Assembly (NCBI GenBank): GCA_035996165.1
Contig: DASYJT010000037.1
Coordinates: forward strand, 1 to 37,628
Direction of reading: 5' to 3'
Length of the DNA: 37,628 nt
Source: Acidimicrobiia bacterium
GTDB lineage: Bacteria; Actinomycetota; Acidimicrobiia; IMCC26256; PALSA-610
The notes under the pieces were generated by a model. That model made no database searches. It saw only the letters and a list, made by a program, of their open reading frames with translations, and was not told where the DNA came from. Positions 33,416 through 37,628 of the stretch are shown here, one piece after another. The translations under genes and the position numbers were made by a program. Positions within the stretch are counted from its first letter, which is position 1, and every line of letters begins with the position of its first letter.

Positions 33416-34333
33416 ATGTCCGCGCCGCCGGTTCGAGTGCCGCGCGCCCCCGGCGAAGCGACCATCGTGCGTCCCCGCATGAGCGCACGCGAGCGGCTCG
33501 CCCGGATCGTCCAGCGCCGTGAGCTTCTCGTCGGGATGGTCCGCAACGAGCTGAAGATCAAGTACAAGAACAGTGTCCTCGGTTTCGCGTGGTCGTTGCT
33601 CAACCCGCTTTTGTATCTCGTCGTCTTCTATATCGCGTTCACGGTCATCCTCGGCTCGGGCATCCCGGCCTTCCCGATCTGGCTGCTGTCGGGTCTGCTC
33701 GTCTGGAACCTGTTCTCGACCGGCCTCGGCGCGGCGACCGGATCGGTCGTGGCGAACTCGGGCCTGGTGAAGAAGGTCTCCTTTCCGCGCGAGATCCTCC
33801 CGCTCGCCGCGGTGGGAAGCATGCTCGTGCACTTCTTCTTGCAGAGCATGGTGTTGTTCGTGGTGCTTGCCATCGTGCGTTGGCACGTTGCGTGGGCGTA
33901 CATCCCGCTGATCCCGCTCGCGCTCGTGGTGTTGCTTCTCCTCACGAGCGCGTTGGGGATCCTGCTCTCCGCGATCAACGTGTACCTACGCGACACGTCG
34001 CACTTCCTCGAGCTCGCGCTGCTCGCGTGGTTCTGGGTGACGCCGATCGTCTACCAATTCCAGCTGGTTGGTCAGCGGCACGGCTGGTCGAAGTGGCCGT
34101 GGTTCGCGAACCCCGTCACGCCGATCGTGCTGATCTTCCAGCGCGCCATCTACGCCCGGATGACCAACCCGCATCCGAAGGGTGGCGGTCCGCCGATCCA
34201 GTTGCTGCCGCACTGGCCGTATTGGGGATTCGTCGCGTACCTCGGGTATTCGCTCGCGTTCGCGCTCATCACGCTGACGATCGCGGTGCGGGTGTTCGGT
34301 CGCTCGGAGGCGAACTTCGCGGAGGAGCTCTGA
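33416..34333 (+). CDS. wzm: ABC-2 type polysaccharide/teichoic-acid exporter permease (Wzm/TagG-like)
   Basis: Internal ATG of track ORF 32948..34333. Contains ELKIKYKNSVLGFAWSLLNPLL and six predicted TM segments. Confidence 0.8.
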   Translation: MSAPPVRVPRAPGEATIVRPRMSARERLARIVQRRELLVGMVRNELKIKYKNSVLGFAWSLLNPLLYLVVFYIAFTVILGSGIPAFPIWLLSGLLVWNLFSTGLGAATGSVVANSGLVKKVSFPREILPLAAVGSMLVHFFLQSMVLFVVLAIVRWHVAWAYIPLIPLALVVLLLLTSALGILLSAINVYLRDTSHFLELALLAWFWVTPIVYQFQLVGQRHGWSKWPWFANPVTPIVLIFQRAIYARMTNPHPKGGGPPIQLLPHWPYWGFVAYLGYSLAFALITLTIAVRVFGRSEANFAEEL

Positions 34334-34334
34334 G

Positions 34335-35573
34335 ATGGCGGCGGCGATCGAGGTTCGCAGCATCTCGAAGCAGTTCAAGCTGTACCACGAGCACTACACC
34401 TCGCTGAAAGAGCGCGTCATCAACTACGGCCGGATCCCGTACGAGCCGTTCATGGCGCTGGAAGACGTCGATTTCGACGTCGAGGCCGGCTCGACGGTCG
34501 GGATTCTCGGGCACAACGGCTGCGGCAAGTCCACGCTGCTCAAGTGCGTCGCCGGCATCCTGCAGCCGACGCGGGGCGAGATCGTCACCCGGGGCCGGGT
34601 CGCAGCACTGCTCGAGCTGGGCGCCGGCTTCAACCACGAGCTCACCGGCCGCGAGAACGTCTTCATGAACGCGTCGATCCTCGGATTGTCGAAGAAGGAC
34701 ACGGAGCTGATCTTCGACGAGATCGTCGCCTTCTCCGAGCTCGAACGCTTCATCGACATGCAGGTGCGGCACTACTCGTCGGGCATGTACGTGCGTCTGG
34801 GCTTCGCGGTCGCGGTGAACGTCGAGCCCGACATCCTGCTCGTCGACGAGGTGCTGTCGGTCGGTGACGAAGCGTTCCAGCGCAAGTGCATCGAGCGAGT
34901 GAAGAAGTTCCAAGAAGAAGGCCGCACGATCCTGTTCGTCACGCACGCCGCGGATCTCGTGCGGCGCATCTGCGACCGCGCGATCGTGCTCGACCACGGG
35001 AAGATGGTGATCGACGCCGCGCCGGGCGAGGCCGTGCGCGTGTTCCGGGAGTCGTTGCACGGCGGCGAGTTGAACGAGACCGCGGACGCAGCCGTGGTGG
35101 AGGAGCCGGTCGACGACGCGGCCTCGTCGACCGAGCGCGAAGTGACGTATCGCGTCCGCATCACCGACGCCGAGATCGATCACCCCGGCCGCTTCCTCGA
35201 CCGCGAATGGCTGCTGCCCGACGAGGCGATGTCGGTGCGGATCAAGTACCACGCGACCGAGCGCACCTCCGACATCTTGTTCGGCATCGCGATCCACGAC
35301 GAGAACGGCAACCATCTCTTCGGTACGAACACGTCGATCCTCGGAGTCGATGTTCCGCCCGCCGTGGGCGACGGTGAGATGGCCTTCGAGTTTCCTCGGG
35401 TTCCGCTGCTCGACGGCACGTACTTCGTGACCATCGCGGTCCAGACCGTCGACGAGGGAACCGTGTACGACTGGTGGGAGCAGCACTTGAAGTTCTCGGT
35501 GATGAACCCGGCGCGCACGCAGGGGCTCGTCTCGTTTCCGATCGACGTGAAGTTCGGAGAGACGGGGGCGTGA
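34335..35573 (+). CDS. wzt: ABC exporter ATPase Wzt/TagH-like with C-terminal Wzt_C-like carbohydrate-binding domain
   Basis: GHNGCGKST, YSSGMYVRLGFAVA, LLVDEVLSVGD. There is a ~150-aa beta-rich C-terminal domain (VRIKYHATERTSDILFGIAIHDENGNHLFGTNT..DGTYFVTIAV). The start is 1 nt after the wzm stop. Confidence 0.8.
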   Translation: MAAAIEVRSISKQFKLYHEHYTSLKERVINYGRIPYEPFMALEDVDFDVEAGSTVGILGHNGCGKSTLLKCVAGILQPTRGEIVTRGRVAALLELGAGFNHELTGRENVFMNASILGLSKKDTELIFDEIVAFSELERFIDMQVRHYSSGMYVRLGFAVAVNVEPDILLVDEVLSVGDEAFQRKCIERVKKFQEEGRTILFVTHAADLVRRICDRAIVLDHGKMVIDAAPGEAVRVFRESLHGGELNETADAAVVEEPVDDAASSTEREVTYRVRITDAEIDHPGRFLDREWLLPDEAMSVRIKYHATERTSDILFGIAIHDENGNHLFGTNTSILGVDVPPAVGDGEMAFEFPRVPLLDGTYFVTIAVQTVDEGTVYDWWEQHLKFSVMNPARTQGLVSFPIDVKFGETGA

Positions 35574-36577
35574 GCGTCCAGGACGCGCTCGTCGCGCCGG
35601 TCCGGCGCGCGTTGCACGACGGCGCGGCGCGCTGGCCCTGGTTCCGCCGCATCGTGGCGATCGGTGCGCGGGAGCTCGAGCGGGCTTTGCACGACGACCT
35701 CTACCGCGACGGTTACTTCGGGGAGTCGGGTCGCCCGGGCGCCACTCTCGAGATCGGGACGCCCGAGTACAACCGGGCCTCGACGCACGCCGACGAGGGT
35801 GCGTACCTCGTATGGCGGTTCCTGCCGGTGCAGCGGACCCTCGACCTCGGGTGCGCGTTCGGGTTCTGCGTGGAAGCGCAGCGTGAGCTCGGACTCGACG
35901 CGCGCGGTGTCGACGTGAGTCAGTACGCTCTCGATCACGCGGCGCTCGGCGCGCGCGGGCACGTGCGTTACGGCAATCTCCTGCATCGCCTGCCGTTCGG
36001 GCGGGGCGCGTTCGAGGGTGTCTCGCTGTTCGAGACGCTCGAGCACCTCCCGCCCGAGGTCGTGCCGCGGGCGTTGCGCGAGGTGCGGCGTATGGCGACG
36101 AAGTACGTCATCGCGACCATCCCGTCGTTCGGGCCGAACCCCAATGGGCCCGGCGGGTGGTTCGATGTGAAGGTGCGCCCGGAGCGGCTCGACTACTACC
36201 GCTCGCTCGGCGACGGCTACGACGGCCCGGTCGCGTACGACGATCTCTACCGCGACGACGACGGCGCGCCGGTGCAAGGTCATCTCACGATCGCGTCGTT
36301 CGCGTGGTGGACGCGCCAGTTCGAGGCCGCGGGATTCGAACGCGACGCCTCGATCGAGCGGCGCATCCACCCGCACCTCGCCCGGCTCGGGCTCACGAAG
36401 TACTGGAACCTCTATGTGTTCCGCGTGCCGGGTACGCCCGCGGCCGCCGGCGACCACCGATCCGCTTCGGAGATCGCCGACGTCGAGAAGCGCTTCGGGT
36501 TCAACGAGCGTGTCGCCGACCCCGAGGACCTGGCCCGCGTCGAAGCGGTGCTCGGCCCGGCGGCCACCACGTCGTGA
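35570..36577 (+). CDS. Class I SAM-dependent methyltransferase
   Basis: The GTG at 35570 overlaps the wzt TGA (GTGA). Contains TLDLGCAFGFCVEA (motif I) and GVSLFETLEHLPPE. Confidence 0.75.
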   Translation: MSVQDALVAPVRRALHDGAARWPWFRRIVAIGARELERALHDDLYRDGYFGESGRPGATLEIGTPEYNRASTHADEGAYLVWRFLPVQRTLDLGCAFGFCVEAQRELGLDARGVDVSQYALDHAALGARGHVRYGNLLHRLPFGRGAFEGVSLFETLEHLPPEVVPRALREVRRMATKYVIATIPSFGPNPNGPGGWFDVKVRPERLDYYRSLGDGYDGPVAYDDLYRDDDGAPVQGHLTIASFAWWTRQFEAAGFERDASIERRIHPHLARLGLTKYWNLYVFRVPGTPAAAGDHRSASEIADVEKRFGFNERVADPEDLARVEAVLGPAATTS

Positions 36578-37530
36578 ACCGCTTCGGCCGGTTCCTGCCG
36601 CGGCGGGCGCAGGATGCCGTTCACATGTGGCGAGTGCAGGCGCGCGACCGGTTGCTGTTCGGCGGCGACTGGGACATTCGCAATGCACTACCCGATCGTT
36701 TCGTACGCGCCGCGTACCAGATCATCTTGCGCCGTGATCCCGATCCGGGTGGGTTGCAGAACTATCTCCGCGTGCTCGAGGAGCGGAAGCTCACGCCCGA
36801 CGGCGTGCTCGACGAGATGCTCACGTCGATGGAGTTGCGGGGCGAAGTGCCTTTCCGCAACATCTTGCGGTCGCTCCACCAGTCGCGCTGCGACTTCGTG
36901 CGCATGCTTCCTCGCGCGTCGCGCATTCTCGATCTCGGCGGGACGGATCAAGCCGAGGATGCCGGGGCGCTCGTGTCGATGGGATACCCGTACCAGTTCG
37001 AGTCGCTCACGATCGTCGATCTGCCGAACGACGAACGGCATGAGCTCTACGGCTACATGGGCTCGTCGGAGACCGTTGGATCCCGCTGCGGACCGGTGCA
37101 GTACCGGTATCACTCGATGGCCGACCTCTCGCCGTACCCCGATGGCGCGTTCGATCTCGTGTTCAGCGGACAGACGATCGAGCACATCACCGAGGACGAG
37201 GCCGTGAAGATGCTCGCCGAGGTGCGGCGCGTCCTCGCGCCCGGCGGTTGGTTCTGCCTCGACACACCGAACCGGCGGGTCACCGCGTTACAGCTCGGTC
37301 CCGACACGTTGTCGAACCCTGACCACAAGCTCGAGTACACGCACGAGCACCTGTCGGCATTGCTGCGCGACGCGGGCTTCGAGATTGTCGGCGAGTACGG
37401 CCTCAGCCTCGCGAACGAGTCGTTGGCCGATGCCCGATTCGATACCGACGAGGTCGCGGCGAAGCACGGCGTGTTCGCGGAGATCGCCGACTGTTACTTC
37501 CTCGCGTACTTCTGCCGCAGCCCCCTCTAG
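36574..37530 (+). CDS. DUF4214-like N-terminal domain fused to class I SAM-dependent methyltransferase
   Basis: The GTG at 36574 overlaps the preceding TGA (GTGA). Contains AYQIILRRDPDPGGLQNYLRVL (DUF4214-like), ILDLGG, DLVFSGQTIEHI and LAPGGWFCLDTPN. Confidence 0.75.
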   Translation: MNRFGRFLPRRAQDAVHMWRVQARDRLLFGGDWDIRNALPDRFVRAAYQIILRRDPDPGGLQNYLRVLEERKLTPDGVLDEMLTSMELRGEVPFRNILRSLHQSRCDFVRMLPRASRILDLGGTDQAEDAGALVSMGYPYQFESLTIVDLPNDERHELYGYMGSSETVGSRCGPVQYRYHSMADLSPYPDGAFDLVFSGQTIEHITEDEAVKMLAEVRRVLAPGGWFCLDTPNRRVTALQLGPDTLSNPDHKLEYTHEHLSALLRDAGFEIVGEYGLSLANESLADARFDTDEVAAKHGVFAEIADCYFLAYFCRSPL

Positions 37531-37628
37531 GCGGAACGGCGAGCACCGCGGGTACCGACTGCCTGCACGAAGGACGCGTAGCGGTCGATCACGTCGCTCC
37601 AGCGGTAGTGGCCGTCGACGAAGCTCCG
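37527..37628 (-). CDS. C-terminal fragment of a probable group-1 glycosyltransferase (gene starts beyond the window)
   Basis: Minus-strand translation gives RSFVDGHYRWSDVIDRYASFVQAVGTRGARRSA*. The ..W..v...Y..f.. ending is typical of GT4 C-termini. Its stop shares CTAG with the convergent methyltransferase stop. Confidence 0.4.
   Translation of the reverse strand, partial: RSFVDGHYRWSDVIDRYASFVQAVGTRGARRSA

Noticed and set aside
36325-36350. GGGATTCGAAC, a tRNA T-arm-like string (reverse orientation).
   Set aside because: It lies inside a well-supported methyltransferase CDS (..FEAAGFERDAS..). The flanks cannot be folded into acceptor or anticodon arms.
1-37628. Looked for CRISPR arrays, IS elements or transposases, integrases, phage structural genes, toxin-antitoxin pairs, rRNA and tRNA.
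   Set aside because: None found. The only phage-like signal is the short MuF/gp7-like motif at the end of the DivIVA-like protein, with no other phage genes around it.

Overview
This is a high-GC (roughly 70%), densely coding, actinobacterial-type chromosomal segment, possibly Acidimicrobiia-like (weak inference). I support about 36 CDS and saw no rRNA, tRNA, CRISPR array, transposase or integrase. All calls come from reading the ORF translations and DNA by eye; no searches were run.

Gene order, left to right:
- hbd-like fragment, then a DUF2342/Zincin_2 metalloprotease homologue and an SDR epimerase.
- Fused siroheme decarboxylase, then an HtrA-like PDZ protein with an apparently dead catalytic triad.
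- moaE, a small TM ORF, an orphan mreB, and a HEAT-repeat protein.
- PDZ-Lon(S16) protease, a DivIVA-like protein with a MuF/gp7-like Cys motif, and a UPF0182 membrane protein.
- Stand-alone ANTAR, then sufB-sufD-Rieske-sufC.
- Secreted six-repeat protein, L,D-transpeptidase, and a 57-aa ORF.
- Inverted sufC'-sufS-sufU, then a GT4 glycosyltransferase divergent from an amylo-1,6-glucosidase-type protein.
- egtB-egtD, MBL hydrolase, two acyl-CoA dehydrogenases, and an EEP phosphoesterase.
- wzm-wzt (with a Wzt_C-like domain) plus two translationally coupled methyltransferases, then a GT fragment.

Most notable observations:
1. The suf system is split into two opposed half-operons, each with its own SufC. 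Each is preceded by the same ~30-bp element built around the palindrome CACTACGGCCGTAGTG. No sufR is in the window, and a truncated third copy sits upstream of the GT4 gene.
2. A secreted protein with six ~40-aa GYW..SDGGVF.FG repeats and an L,D-transpeptidase sit between the two suf halves, at the window centre.
3. A DivIVA / MuF-like fusion protein.
4. An HtrA-like pseudoprotease and a Zincin_2 homologue reading RExxH.
5. mreB has no canonical start codon and no mreCD.
6. A Wzm/Wzt/methyltransferase export module.
7. Many starts sit 6-8 nt downstream of a TANNNT hexamer, suggesting leaderless mRNAs.

The long Arg/Ala/Gly-rich antisense ORFs in the track are treated as high-GC shadow frames.
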